64,000 nucleotides of DNA from positions 64,001-128,000 of the IMG/VR virus record IMGVR_UViG_3300037067_003476; one strand, 5' to 3'. The notes under the pieces were generated by a model. It had not been told where the DNA came from. It made no database searches and was given only the letters and a program-made list of their open reading frames with translations. A program made the translations under genes and the position numbers. This document shows positions 30,933 through 41,271 of this stretch, piece by piece. The stretch comes from a virus. Its lineage: Duplodnaviria > Caudoviricetes. Numbering within the stretch: the first letter of the stretch is position 1; each line of letters opens with the position of its first letter.

Positions 30933-32184
30933 TATCTACCAACTCCCAGAATGTTATACAATACCTATCTTCTCTTAAACCGACCGGAATTGGCCCTCTC
31001 AACCTCCTAACTCTTAGCGTCAGCATGTCACTAATAGCAACGTTCATAAGCGCTGTTTTTGCCTTAACGATCAGAGGTGCTTCTGTCAAAAAACTTTTTG
31101 TTCTAACTATCGCGGACGGATCGTGTACTGCGACACCATATTTACGATAATCTTTGGGATTCCATTTCACCAGTGCCTTAATACATCTGGTTACGGAATC
31201 TGTAATCAAACCAGCACCTTTACAGTGAGGGCACTTGTGCCCTCTGGCAAATGGCGTTGGTCCGCCAGTCTTGTATATCCCCGTCGATCTATTATTAAGA
31301 GAGTCGTATGTGCAATTTGGACACGCACTCCTTGTTGGCTCAAATTCCAAGTACATGTTTTTGCCAAGTTGATTGATAAGTGCGTCGATTCTTCCCTGAT
31401 ATATAGAGATCAATTCGTCGCTAATTTGAATTGCAGCATATGGATCTAAAATTGGACACTCACTACTTGGTAATTCCTCAAAACCAAATATAACTAGGCC
31501 AATATCACCGGAAACCCCTGCTGATCCAGACAAGTAAAGGTCTATGCCAGACGAACAAGGATCTCCACCGTTCAAATCAAAGTATCCGTATCGCGTTCTT
31601 GACGAAGCAGACAATGAGCCATCACCAGCAACAAATTCGAAGTATAGTAATTCTTCTGGTTTTTCTATTTCGAACTGCCTGAAAAGGATAAATTCCGATC
31701 CGTTGTGTAGGTATGCGTTAATGGTATCGCCGATACGATCAAATTTGACCCTGAATCCATAATTATCACCTGCCTGATTATTTTGCCAGTTGAAAATTTC
31801 GTTTAGATCAAATATATAGTGTGTGTATCCATTGAAATATGAGAACCTTGAAGCAGGAATACCAAGCCATAATTTGTGGCTCTTTCCATATTGACCAGGA
31901 TCGTCAATCCACTGATTAGCAGAACCGGCATGGTAGCATCCAAGCCACGCCCTCGCCAATTCGCCATTATACGTCGACGGAGTATACCACGATCTATCCC
32001 CGGAAACATCAATAGTGAATAAAGACCCAGACAAGGCAAATGTAGATACGTATCTGCCATGAGAATCATTCGGTGGATACACAATAAGTCTACCATCAGA
32101 GTATGTTGGTCCGCTAGGCCAGTCATATCCGTTTTGGTAAGACCATATTCCGCTTGGTGCGTCAAATGGATCAAATAGAACCAT
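30925..32184 (-). CDS. Putative head-closure protein with N-terminal beta-sandwich extension
   Basis: C-terminal half has CPNC...CPHC and a P.GL ending; N-terminal half is aromatic and beta-rich. Confidence 0.5.
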   Translation of the reverse strand: MVLFDPFDAPSGIWSYQNGYDWPSGPTYSDGRLIVYPPNDSHGRYVSTFALSGSLFTIDVSGDRSWYTPSTYNGELARAWLGCYHAGSANQWIDDPGQYGKSHKLWLGIPASRFSYFNGYTHYIFDLNEIFNWQNNQAGDNYGFRVKFDRIGDTINAYLHNGSEFILFRQFEIEKPEELLYFEFVAGDGSLSASSRTRYGYFDLNGGDPCSSGIDLYLSGSAGVSGDIGLVIFGFEELPSSECPILDPYAAIQISDELISIYQGRIDALINQLGKNMYLEFEPTRSACPNCTYDSLNNRSTGIYKTGGPTPFARGHKCPHCKGAGLITDSVTRCIKALVKWNPKDYRKYGVAVHDPSAIVRTKSFLTEAPLIVKAKTALMNVAISDMLTLRVRRLRGPIPVGLREDRYCITFWELVDNG

Positions 32185-32189
32185 TGAAG

Positions 32190-32744
32190 TTACCTCGGAT
32201 AATCAAAAATTCGTGTTCTCGGATTGGCTATCGCAGCAGCGAATCTATCGTAAAAGTAACCGATAGAATATTGTCCGTCCTCACCTGCTGGACGATAAGC
32301 ACCAACAATTACCCCGCCCACCGATGATGCCACATTAGAAACTTGGATTTGCCACTTTAGTTTTTCATACACATTGCATGGACCAAGCTTCAGTATGTCT
32401 CTATAGCCACCAAATCCAACGGACGTATCAATTGAACTATCTCCGTCTCGCACTTTGATGGCTTGTCCTATCGAGCTTTGAAACTGACCAGCATTGATAA
32501 TACACGCAGCTTTTAGCGGCAATAGCGCTTGTGCTATAATGTCACCGGATGTCACTGGATCTGGACTAATGGTTAAATTTGCAATATCAAAAGAATATGT
32601 GTACGACAATTCAACGTCGTTGCTAACAATAATTCCAGCTGTAATCAACACCTGTTGCAAATACGAATCAGCGTGTTTCTGGGGTAACAGCACATCATTG
32701 ATCAACACCCTTGTCATCGTCACTAGATCTGTTGTCCATGCCAT
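32190..32744 (-). CDS. Putative head-tail adaptor
   Basis: RVLIND...DSYL helical start typical of adaptor proteins; position after the head genes. Confidence 0.55.
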   Translation of the reverse strand: MAWTTDLVTMTRVLINDVLLPQKHADSYLQQVLITAGIIVSNDVELSYTYSFDIANLTISPDPVTSGDIIAQALLPLKAACIINAGQFQSSIGQAIKVRDGDSSIDTSVGFGGYRDILKLGPCNVYEKLKWQIQVSNVASSVGGVIVGAYRPAGEDGQYSIGYFYDRFAAAIANPRTRIFDYPR

Positions 32745-32758
32745 CTGCGTACTCCCTT

Positions 32759-33118
32759 TTATGGTCGTGGGTCCATTACATAAGATGAATTGTCTGTTAG
32801 TGATGGCATAACATTTGTTAGCTGCACCACCCTAAGTATGAAGTCGCCTTCGTCCGTATTTGTTCCGCCATCAGACATACGATAATGATATTGCTCCCTT
32901 GTGTGTGTTAATGGAGGAAGATGCGCTGTTGAAAATACGTATTTTCCAGTATTTCCAATTTCTGTACAGCCACTAGCCGCTGCCGTGACAGGAACAACGT
33001 CTCCGTCTCTCCATACTTCTACGACAACATTCAGTCCGCTTGTTAATACCCCTATTAACGATGGAGGGGCACTTGGAAAATAGTCGTACTCTGGAATTGA
33101 TGGTCCAACTACTGACAT
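32759..33118 (-). CDS. Small virion protein paralogous to the C-terminal domain of the 2556-aa protein
   Basis: SGCTEIGNTGKYVFSTAHLP vs SGCYPIGNTGRWGWSTAYLP; QYHYRM vs QYYYRM. Confidence 0.65.
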   Translation of the reverse strand: MSVVGPSIPEYDYFPSAPPSLIGVLTSGLNVVVEVWRDGDVVPVTAAASGCTEIGNTGKYVFSTAHLPPLTHTREQYHYRMSDGGTNTDEGDFILRVVQLTNVMPSLTDNSSYVMDPRP

Positions 33119-33128
33119 TTTAATCTCC

Positions 33129-36100
33129 TTATATGTTCAGTGTATACTCACTTGCGTTTCTTGGCATTCTATTTCTGTTCATATTTGTGTTCATGAAAAA
33201 CTGTCCTTCAAATATATTGCTATTGCTAGCTGTCATTCGATAGTAATACTGTGGCTTCAGTGATGGCCATGGGTCTGGTAAGTATGCGGTAGACCACCCC
33301 CACCTTCCAGTATTACCTATTGGATAACATCCACTATTGGTTATTTCGACAACATCGTTATTGCCATCAGTGCAATACCAAACTTCTATATACACAGATC
33401 CGGATGCTGGACAATCTAATTTCCCAATAATTTGTGGGCTATAATCCATGGTCCTGAATAGGTTCTCGATAGTGAAATCGTAAACGCCAGATGCGCCTGA
33501 TGGGGGTAGAACGTATCCGCTAACAAATAGGTCTACGCTTCCAGAAGAAGACCATGGAACGCCATTCATAAAGAGTGTCATATAATCAAGAGACCCAGAC
33601 GCCCCGTGACAAAATTGTCTTAGGTCGTCGTTTGTAAGATTGGTATTGGTCCACATAATAACGTCGTCTAGCCACGCGCTAGTGTGACTACCAGACACTA
33701 TTACATATGGATCTGTGTCTATGGTTGATAATGGACATGATCCACTATTTTGTAGACCATAATCAACATACGGCCTACCATCTGTGGATATTTTCATCCA
33801 CCAATTACCATCAATAATATGTGTAAATTCGAAAACTATACAATGCGCCTTACTTCCCTCAATTGAATCGAAAAGACTTGTGATATCTGAACTATACCAC
33901 GATGCTATACCAGATTCCGTAGAGTTTGTTAAATAAATGTACGATGGACTACCATACTCTTTGGTGGTTGTTAGCGTATATCCACGACCGGTACTAATAT
34001 ACAATCCGCTATCTAGTGGTCTAAGAGCGGTCATGTGCCATGTCAATGTGCTAGCACCGATTGTACTTGGGTATCCGCTAGCACTACCGATATCGCTACT
34101 TGGTTGTAACCCAGACACAGAGTCGCTTGGTACAAATCCGGCAACAACCCCAGACCAATCGATATCAATAATCTTTTCTCTTAAGTCATCTAATGGATGT
34201 GTGTATATAGCATTTAATGGATACGGTATTCCAGAGTACGATGTAAAAAATGGAATAGATAGATCTAATGATAACGAATATTCTGTGTGTCCATTCACAA
34301 ATCCATCGACACAACCACTAGCGACCTCTGAATGATAAATGTATAGTGGGCACGAAGATTCTACGTGTAAACCAGATCCATCAAACACATCATGAAATTC
34401 ATACAGGGGTTTTCGCAAATGCATCCCAAGATAATATAGCTGCTGAAGCTCATATGGCGTAAATCTATCAATATTACCCCATAAGGCCAACTCGTCAGCG
34501 TTCAATTCTCCGGTTGGGTATGACTGTATTAGTTTTGCCCCAATAATGTTTCCGGAACTATCAAAGGTAGATATCGTAGTTTGTCCCATATCTACCCATG
34601 CATTACCATCTATACTGACTAGAGAAGTCGCTAGCCCACCACTAAACTCAGTCCTTACAATGGCTATGGTTGGATTATATTGTAGAGCGTAATAGGTACC
34701 AGACGACCACGAGACACCACTAGAATTAAGTACAAAACCCACTCCGCTCCCGGTAGTTTGAAACCCTACTGAGTTAACGGGTGTAATGCCACTAAACCAT
34801 CCAAAGTCACAGTAAATTGGGGAATGCTGTACGCCGCTAATCCAGCACAATGCTGTTAGATCATATAGATCTCGTGGATCTTGATAGTCCGTATCAACAT
34901 ATGAGTAGAACCCGGTATCACCACCAGAAACCGACACACCCTCATCAATGAAGTATGGGACGTGAATAGCCCCAGATAATGACCATTCCTTTCCCTTGAC
35001 CCACTCCAAATTATCGCTATTACACTCGTGGTAATATATTAATCCACTAAAACTAATGGGACATTTTGGTCCAGTAATATACAGGGGAATTTCCGAGTTT
35101 TTAGACAGCGATCCGATAAATAATGGAGCCCAATTGCTAACCTCTATTGGATCAAAACCATCAGCGGAATTACACGCTATAGTCAAACCTTGTAGACCAA
35201 GCATATACAGACCATTGAGTTCGTATTGACTAAATCTGTCGATGTCTTTCCACAAGATACTTTCATCAACCATACATGCTCTGTCAACACCAGGAGCAAT
35301 ATATGTGTATACGCCATATCTTGAAGAATTGTTATTTCTAGAACCAGCGTATGGCGTAGACCCAGAATACCACGGAGATCCATTAATCGATAGTAACCCG
35401 ATAATTTCTCCGGTTACAAATTCAATGCGACCGGCCACAAATGCCTTAGACTGATTAATGTCGGTTTGAATACTGTTAACTGGGTATGTTACCCCATTCG
35501 CTACTGCATTTAATATAAATCCGCTCGTCCCAGACGACTGAATTGTTAGACCGTGATAAATAGGAGAACCCTGTCCAAGGCCAACAAAATCGCTTGATAA
35601 TCCACCACCCCTATTGCAGTCCCACCATGTAACCATGGTATAGTTCTGACCATTATAAAGTCTATCTCTGGCTGTCGTTGCGATGGGCTCATACCAGTAC
35701 AAGGTACCATTAGAAGTTTGTAGTCCACCAGAACCGGCTACGCCGGATGTAAAAGCGGCTAAACTTGTGGTAGATGGAATCCATCCCTCTCCCAGTATGT
35801 GTTCATGCGCATTGCCAGAGCTTTGTGAGTCAAAGTATCTTTCATAGGTTTGGTAAAATACTGCGCCAGACGAAGAAATAAATGGGCATGCGCTTTTCAA
35901 AAATAGATCTATTGAGTTTGCGTTTGAAGCAGGGCTTGCACCGTAGTTATCTAATCCTATGTGTTTAATAGCACCAAGACTGTACGCCTTTTCTATTTCG
36001 AACGTATTTAGATCAACGCCCTTTTGGCCAGCGTATAGATATACCTCGTCAAGCCATATCGACGGGGCGTATTCCCTCTCTGGCGACATAAATATTTGTG

Positions 36101-39100
36101 CATTTGAGTTTCCGGATGGAGGTAGTTCTATGCCACTAGTTTGGACACCATGATCGACCCATGTTGTTCCGTCTAGCGAAGTGCGTAATGACCATATGCC
36201 ATCACCGGAATGCTGTATATCTACGATTAGAAAGTGTGGTTGGCCGTTATTTATTGTGGATAGTAGCCCAGATAATTCAGTGGTTTCCCACTCGACCGTA
36301 TTAGTACCAAATCTAACCTTATTATCTAATAACTGTATTTTGACATCTCGTTCAACCCAAAATGTTGATCCACTAATTGATGGATTTTTGCTCCATAGCA
36401 TGAGCATGAACTGTTCTTTGCCAATGGTGCTTTGGTATTGATCGCTATTTGGCGCAACTAGGGCACCGGATAATCCTGCATATATCCAGCCAACATGCAA
36501 TCTATTATTCGGTAAACTAGAAACAACTCCATACGCAGCCCTGTCTTCTCCTACGTTAACTATGTGCGGCCTAGTTGATATTGGCCATGATGTCGGCAAA
36601 TAATCACCTACACTAACCGTTCCACTTACTGGATCAAAGGTAATACATGTCGATTCAAAACCGAGGGCCGTTGACGAGTATCCAGCATATATAGCCCTAT
36701 TATTCGATAACATCGCTAGGTCATTACTGACACCCGGTGCTTGTGTTTCTTGTGTTGGATCTAAAATTGGTGAAATTGTTAACCCTGACGTATCGATCCG
36801 AAGTGGTTGAAACCATACTGGATATGTTTGTGCTATAGTACCCGGTTGACATTGCCCATTAAGAATCGTGTTATCATTGATCTTGCACATACCATAATAT
36901 AATTCAGTATACGCTTCCGTGTCTACCTGTCTACCAAATATGCGATCTCCAGAGACACCGATTACGTCCTCATCTATCGTGCCCAGTTGGGCTATAGCAT
37001 ATCCTTGTGGCTCGGATGACAGTACGGTATTATCGCACCACGAAAAATATAGTTTGTTATTATCGTAGACTGGCGATACTCTCCAGCACGGGGAATATGT
37101 TGACGACGAATATTTGTTATAGGCAAGAATTGTTGTTTGTGTTGGGGAAAATACGATAGTGTCTCCACTGACACTCGCTGTTATTCCAACAAAACCAGAT
37201 CCAGAAACGCTATAATTTTTAGATCCAAAAATAGCTAAACTATTGTTACCCAAGTTTATCGCGTTTAGGTTAACGAGTGAATAACCGGCAGTACTTGTGT
37301 CAAAAACCGTTCCACTACCACACGACAAAGATGTTCCACTGACCGTTAATAGACAATAACTTGCTTGTCCATTTGTATTGTTATAGAACACAGCGAATTT
37401 ATCAGTGTCGATATTGATAATTTTTTGTGTCCAGCTATAATTATCCGAACGACCATTATCGTATACAATCGGAGACGAAAAACTCATGGATAATCCACTA
37501 ACAGAAGCGTATGTTGCCTTTAATGTATTTGCATCTGTCGTATCGTGATAACAAATTATCGCACCAGATGTTCCATGATTTATTGCCGTAATGAATTTTG
37601 GCGCATTAGAGGTAAATACCGATAAATTACCAGAAATAGGCATGGAATCTTGAATCGCAATGAATCGACACACTCCGGTATTGTCGCTCAGTCGCCTCCA
37701 GGCGAACAGCGCACCTCCTGGATTAAAATTAGACACCGTTGGATATCCAGCCCTATCATCAGTTCCCCCAATCGGTTCGGCAGACAACAACCCAGATGTT
37801 ATTACAGAAATACCGCTTTGATTATTTCTAAACCAATACCATTGATGTGACACAAGCGTATTGTTAAATGTTACAAAAGATGTTTCGTCGATTTTACACA
37901 TTAGATTGTCTGGGATTGTGGAGTCATAGCTTGGATGTCCATAAAAGCCATACCCCATATCTAGGTTTGAGTACTGTGTTGATTCTGGCGGGTCGGATAA
38001 TTTAATACCTGTGTCGGTTAACAATACCGGCACATAGGCGTTTTTGTTAACTGTATTAATTTTGTGTGGATATGCCCATATACCACTTCCACCACCAAGA
38101 TTTAATAAGTATGAATAGTGACATGTTATTGGCATGGAATAATCTCTAACATCTCGCCCATACGTTAATGAATTATCGTCGTTTAGGCGAATGACGTTCA
38201 TTCTATTGTGCCTTCCATGACAAAGTATAAAGTGGCTATCATCTATTTTTGTAACAACAGGAAGGGCTCGACCATAATTCCATCCATCATATGTCCCAGA
38301 TTCTCTTCCAGTAACATACATGCCGGATGTAGTATATAGATAGATATTAGTTTGATTTGTTGAATTTAAGAATGAAGCAACGACATTTTGTTCATACCCA
38401 CCAGAAGCCCTTAGACAAATTGTATTAAATGGGTACATTCGTATTGCCCCGAATGTGGTCGGATAAAATCGCGTACCAGATGTAATACTAAGATCTGGAT
38501 TCATTTTAACAACAAACGCATAATTGCCACCACCAAACGATGATAAAGAGAACGCCCTATCATCACCCAACGGAGACAAACTAAAACATGCTGCTGCGGT
38601 TAATCCAGTATTAAGCTCTATCCCGCTAGCAACTATTCCACCAGAAGCAGCGATACCCATCCATCTATGCTGACTTCCTCCGCCTGTTAATGTAATTGCT
38701 CTGTCGTCGTCCATAGGCGCAATACGAATATAGGGAATTGTATAGGCTATTCCCATGCGAATTGCGCCGGATGCTGGTATCGAGAAATTTTGCGACAAGT
38801 CAAAAGACAGTGCTCCGCTTACCTGTCCATCAACAAATGTGCCAGGACCATACCATGTCTGCTTTTTAATCCATTCCTTTCTGTCGTTAAGTGGATGATA
38901 AAAAACAGCGCCACTTATCTCATATGGCAAATCTTCTGCCTTGACCAAACAAGGCATTTCTCCCGTAATTTGAGTAGGTCCGTATAAGGTGAACGGTACT
39001 ATTCCACTATACACAGCCTCTATTTTATCGGTATATGAACTTAGATTAAAACCACTTCCAGTAAGGCCGTACATAGAAGTCGTTTGATAGTCACTAAACC

Positions 39101-40799
39101 TAACTGGTGTAAACCACATTGCATTTTCGTCTACCCAAGTATTCAGGGTAGACAACTGATTTGTATATGCTAACGGAGTGTTCGCTGTTGAAATTGGCAC
39201 ATATCCAGTATCCTGTGTTCCATGTGATACATATCCACTTCCATCTATTGACGTAGTAAAATCCCATATTCCGCCACTAACATTAGAGAAATACATTGAT
39301 AAAAAGTGCTTATCGCCATCATTCAACTGGCCCAATAGATAACTTATCGACGCGTCATCCCAATATGCAACAGATGTTCCAGATCCCAGCGTTATATGAG
39401 TAGGAATAATAGATACTTCATATCCACGACTTATTATAGTTCTTGATGAACCGACAGAAGGATTTTGATACCATCCGACTACCGCAACACCTGTTTGCCC
39501 GACGGAAGATTTGGGTGCGGAATTAGTGGTCATTATCTTTGCTTCGCGCACTATGCTCCCAACACATATTCTTCCGATGTTATTTGAGTCGATACATCCA
39601 ACAACAAATTTATCCCCGTCACATTTTGTTACCAGTAATGTATTACATGCCAGTGGATAGAATGTATCTGGATTAGACCAGTATACAAGATTATCTACAG
39701 AATTTGTTTGTCCTACAGACACAGATCCATATGTTTTTTGAAAGCCAACGACAACAGTATCGTTATCTATCTGGATTATAGATGGTTTGGAAAATAGATT
39801 ATACGAGTATGCGATCTGAGTGTACGAGGTGTCCCATGATAACGACCCACCAGTTAGGACGCCTCTTCGCGATGCTCCATGCGGCCATGTACCAGAAAAC
39901 TGACCACGATACCAGCTAATAACTATCCTGTAATTGCCACCGACGGTTGTTCCGGCGGTTGATATGGCAACATTGGAGACCGGTCCAGAAGAGTCAAAAG
40001 TTGTTGCACTACCCCATGAAATAACGTTACCAGCTATTGTTCCTACTTTGGCCTTACCGTTATTGCCTGAATTTCCATCTGTATATGCAACTATAACCTG
40101 TGCGGATGTTGTTGATGTAATCGCTATGTTAGTTGCAATGCCCGTAGAAAAAAAGTCTGTAACAGATCCAAAAGAAATATTGGTTCCATCAAAAATACCA
40201 ACTCTTGACTTACCATGTTCTGAATCGACATTATCTTTGTATACCACAACGAAACCACTTGTATGAATTCTGGTAGCATCTAGTGCTGCAAAGTTACCAA
40301 ACGACGAATAGAATTCTGCTGTGTTTCCCCACGTAATGTCTGTTCCGGAGATAGAACATACTCTGACTAGGCCATGTTCGCTAGCAGATCCGTCTTGATA
40401 ACAGACAATTGCATTGGTGGGTGATAGAGCAATTACTTTTATTTGAGAAGCCGCCCCTCCACTCAGGAAAGTTGTTACTGCTCCAAACGAAATTGTGTCT
40501 CCAGATACAGACCCAATCACGGCCTTGCCGTAATTTCCGTCGTTACTATCAGCGTAGCAAATCAGTACCCGTGTAGCATCTATGTTACACATTGACGCAG
40601 ATGATGTGGTTCCTGAGCAAAACACAGCCTGGGGACCAAAGATATTTCTAGCACCGATGCCAAGAAACGACTGTCCCAAAATACCAGATCCGAACGTGAT
40701 AGCTCCGCTTAATGCAATGTTGTTTTTGTGGTCATATGGACCCAAAGCCCCATCGAATCGTGCGTATGATACACATTCATCTGATCTAAGTAATGCCAT
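33129..40799 (-). CDS. Giant virion fibre/adhesin (LamG-like domains plus beta-propeller repeats)
   Basis: 2556 aa; ~50-aa blade repeats (ICY.D...G...IG.VSG.TI.(F/W)G), several D(E/D)..LW LamG endings; sits between capsid and adaptor genes. Confidence 0.7.
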   Translation of the reverse strand: MALLRSDECVSYARFDGALGPYDHKNNIALSGAITFGSGILGQSFLGIGARNIFGPQAVFCSGTTSSASMCNIDATRVLICYADSNDGNYGKAVIGSVSGDTISFGAVTTFLSGGAASQIKVIALSPTNAIVCYQDGSASEHGLVRVCSISGTDITWGNTAEFYSSFGNFAALDATRIHTSGFVVVYKDNVDSEHGKSRVGIFDGTNISFGSVTDFFSTGIATNIAITSTTSAQVIVAYTDGNSGNNGKAKVGTIAGNVISWGSATTFDSSGPVSNVAISTAGTTVGGNYRIVISWYRGQFSGTWPHGASRRGVLTGGSLSWDTSYTQIAYSYNLFSKPSIIQIDNDTVVVGFQKTYGSVSVGQTNSVDNLVYWSNPDTFYPLACNTLLVTKCDGDKFVVGCIDSNNIGRICVGSIVREAKIMTTNSAPKSSVGQTGVAVVGWYQNPSVGSSRTIISRGYEVSIIPTHITLGSGTSVAYWDDASISYLLGQLNDGDKHFLSMYFSNVSGGIWDFTTSIDGSGYVSHGTQDTGYVPISTANTPLAYTNQLSTLNTWVDENAMWFTPVRFSDYQTTSMYGLTGSGFNLSSYTDKIEAVYSGIVPFTLYGPTQITGEMPCLVKAEDLPYEISGAVFYHPLNDRKEWIKKQTWYGPGTFVDGQVSGALSFDLSQNFSIPASGAIRMGIAYTIPYIRIAPMDDDRAITLTGGGSQHRWMGIAASGGIVASGIELNTGLTAAACFSLSPLGDDRAFSLSSFGGGNYAFVVKMNPDLSITSGTRFYPTTFGAIRMYPFNTICLRASGGYEQNVVASFLNSTNQTNIYLYTTSGMYVTGRESGTYDGWNYGRALPVVTKIDDSHFILCHGRHNRMNVIRLNDDNSLTYGRDVRDYSMPITCHYSYLLNLGGGSGIWAYPHKINTVNKNAYVPVLLTDTGIKLSDPPESTQYSNLDMGYGFYGHPSYDSTIPDNLMCKIDETSFVTFNNTLVSHQWYWFRNNQSGISVITSGLLSAEPIGGTDDRAGYPTVSNFNPGGALFAWRRLSDNTGVCRFIAIQDSMPISGNLSVFTSNAPKFITAINHGTSGAIICYHDTTDANTLKATYASVSGLSMSFSSPIVYDNGRSDNYSWTQKIINIDTDKFAVFYNNTNGQASYCLLTVSGTSLSCGSGTVFDTSTAGYSLVNLNAINLGNNSLAIFGSKNYSVSGSGFVGITASVSGDTIVFSPTQTTILAYNKYSSSTYSPCWRVSPVYDNNKLYFSWCDNTVLSSEPQGYAIAQLGTIDEDVIGVSGDRIFGRQVDTEAYTELYYGMCKINDNTILNGQCQPGTIAQTYPVWFQPLRIDTSGLTISPILDPTQETQAPGVSNDLAMLSNNRAIYAGYSSTALGFESTCITFDPVSGTVSVGDYLPTSWPISTRPHIVNVGEDRAAYGVVSSLPNNRLHVGWIYAGLSGALVAPNSDQYQSTIGKEQFMLMLWSKNPSISGSTFWVERDVKIQLLDNKVRFGTNTVEWETTELSGLLSTINNGQPHFLIVDIQHSGDGIWSLRTSLDGTTWVDHGVQTSGIELPPSGNSNAQIFMSPEREYAPSIWLDEVYLYAGQKGVDLNTFEIEKAYSLGAIKHIGLDNYGASPASNANSIDLFLKSACPFISSSGAVFYQTYERYFDSQSSGNAHEHILGEGWIPSTTSLAAFTSGVAGSGGLQTSNGTLYWYEPIATTARDRLYNGQNYTMVTWWDCNRGGGLSSDFVGLGQGSPIYHGLTIQSSGTSGFILNAVANGVTYPVNSIQTDINQSKAFVAGRIEFVTGEIIGLLSINGSPWYSGSTPYAGSRNNNSSRYGVYTYIAPGVDRACMVDESILWKDIDRFSQYELNGLYMLGLQGLTIACNSADGFDPIEVSNWAPLFIGSLSKNSEIPLYITGPKCPISFSGLIYYHECNSDNLEWVKGKEWSLSGAIHVPYFIDEGVSVSGGDTGFYSYVDTDYQDPRDLYDLTALCWISGVQHSPIYCDFGWFSGITPVNSVGFQTTGSGVGFVLNSSGVSWSSGTYYALQYNPTIAIVRTEFSGGLATSLVSIDGNAWVDMGQTTISTFDSSGNIIGAKLIQSYPTGELNADELALWGNIDRFTPYELQQLYYLGMHLRKPLYEFHDVFDGSGLHVESSCPLYIYHSEVASGCVDGFVNGHTEYSLSLDLSIPFFTSYSGIPYPLNAIYTHPLDDLREKIIDIDWSGVVAGFVPSDSVSGLQPSSDIGSASGYPSTIGASTLTWHMTALRPLDSGLYISTGRGYTLTTTKEYGSPSYIYLTNSTESGIASWYSSDITSLFDSIEGSKAHCIVFEFTHIIDGNWWMKISTDGRPYVDYGLQNSGSCPLSTIDTDPYVIVSGSHTSAWLDDVIMWTNTNLTNDDLRQFCHGASGSLDYMTLFMNGVPWSSSGSVDLFVSGYVLPPSGASGVYDFTIENLFRTMDYSPQIIGKLDCPASGSVYIEVWYCTDGNNDVVEITNSGCYPIGNTGRWGWSTAYLPDPWPSLKPQYYYRMTASNSNIFEGQFFMNTNMNRNRMPRNASEYTLNI

Positions 40800-40814
40800 T
40801 TTGTGGCTCTCCGG

Positions 40815-41195
40815 TTATTGGATGATCATTTCTGTGAAATTGTGATTACAAAAGAATTCGTTAAACTCTCTTTCCGAATACGATACTGCCATCGCTGTTC
40901 TATTGGATCTCATTGGGAAACCTATATTTTTGAATCGCTTAATTATCGTTGTTGGATGTATGCCAAGCAACGTACCTATCTGAGAACATGATAAGCCAAG
41001 ATTGTAAAGGGTAATAAGTGTGTTATCTGCTATTTTTTTGTTAGCCTCAGATCTGGATCTAAGTTTAATGCCGCTACTTTGTAGTATCAACCTAATAGTA
41101 CTCTCGCTTCTTCCGTCTATTTCTGCTATATCAGCGCAGCTTAGTCCGGTATTGTATAATCCGACAATCGTGTTATTCAAAAAAGGACTATTCAT
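40815..41195 (-). CDS. Tandem helix-turn-helix protein
   Basis: Two repeats LY..GLSC..I.......TI......G...RS; AAGGTG SD before ATG 41195. Confidence 0.7.
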   Translation of the reverse strand: MNSPFLNNTIVGLYNTGLSCADIAEIDGRSESTIRLILQSSGIKLRSRSEANKKIADNTLITLYNLGLSCSQIGTLLGIHPTTIIKRFKNIGFPMRSNRTAMAVSYSEREFNEFFCNHNFTEMIIQ

Positions 41196-41202
41196 CACCT
41201 TA

Positions 41203-41210
41203 TTATACAC
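41203..41210 (-). promoter_or_regulatory. GTGTATAA motif (putative late promoter)
   Basis: Abuts the U-tract of the capsid gene terminator. Confidence 0.6.
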
Positions 41211-41242
41211 AAAAAAAGACCCACCATAATTGATGGGTCTTT
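41211..41242 (-). terminator. Rho-independent terminator after the major capsid gene
   Basis: AAAGACCCA/TGGGTCTTT inverted repeat (41215-41223/41234-41242) plus T7. Confidence 0.8.
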
Positions 41243-41271
41243 CTTAACTACTTGGTTAGTTGATGATTAGA

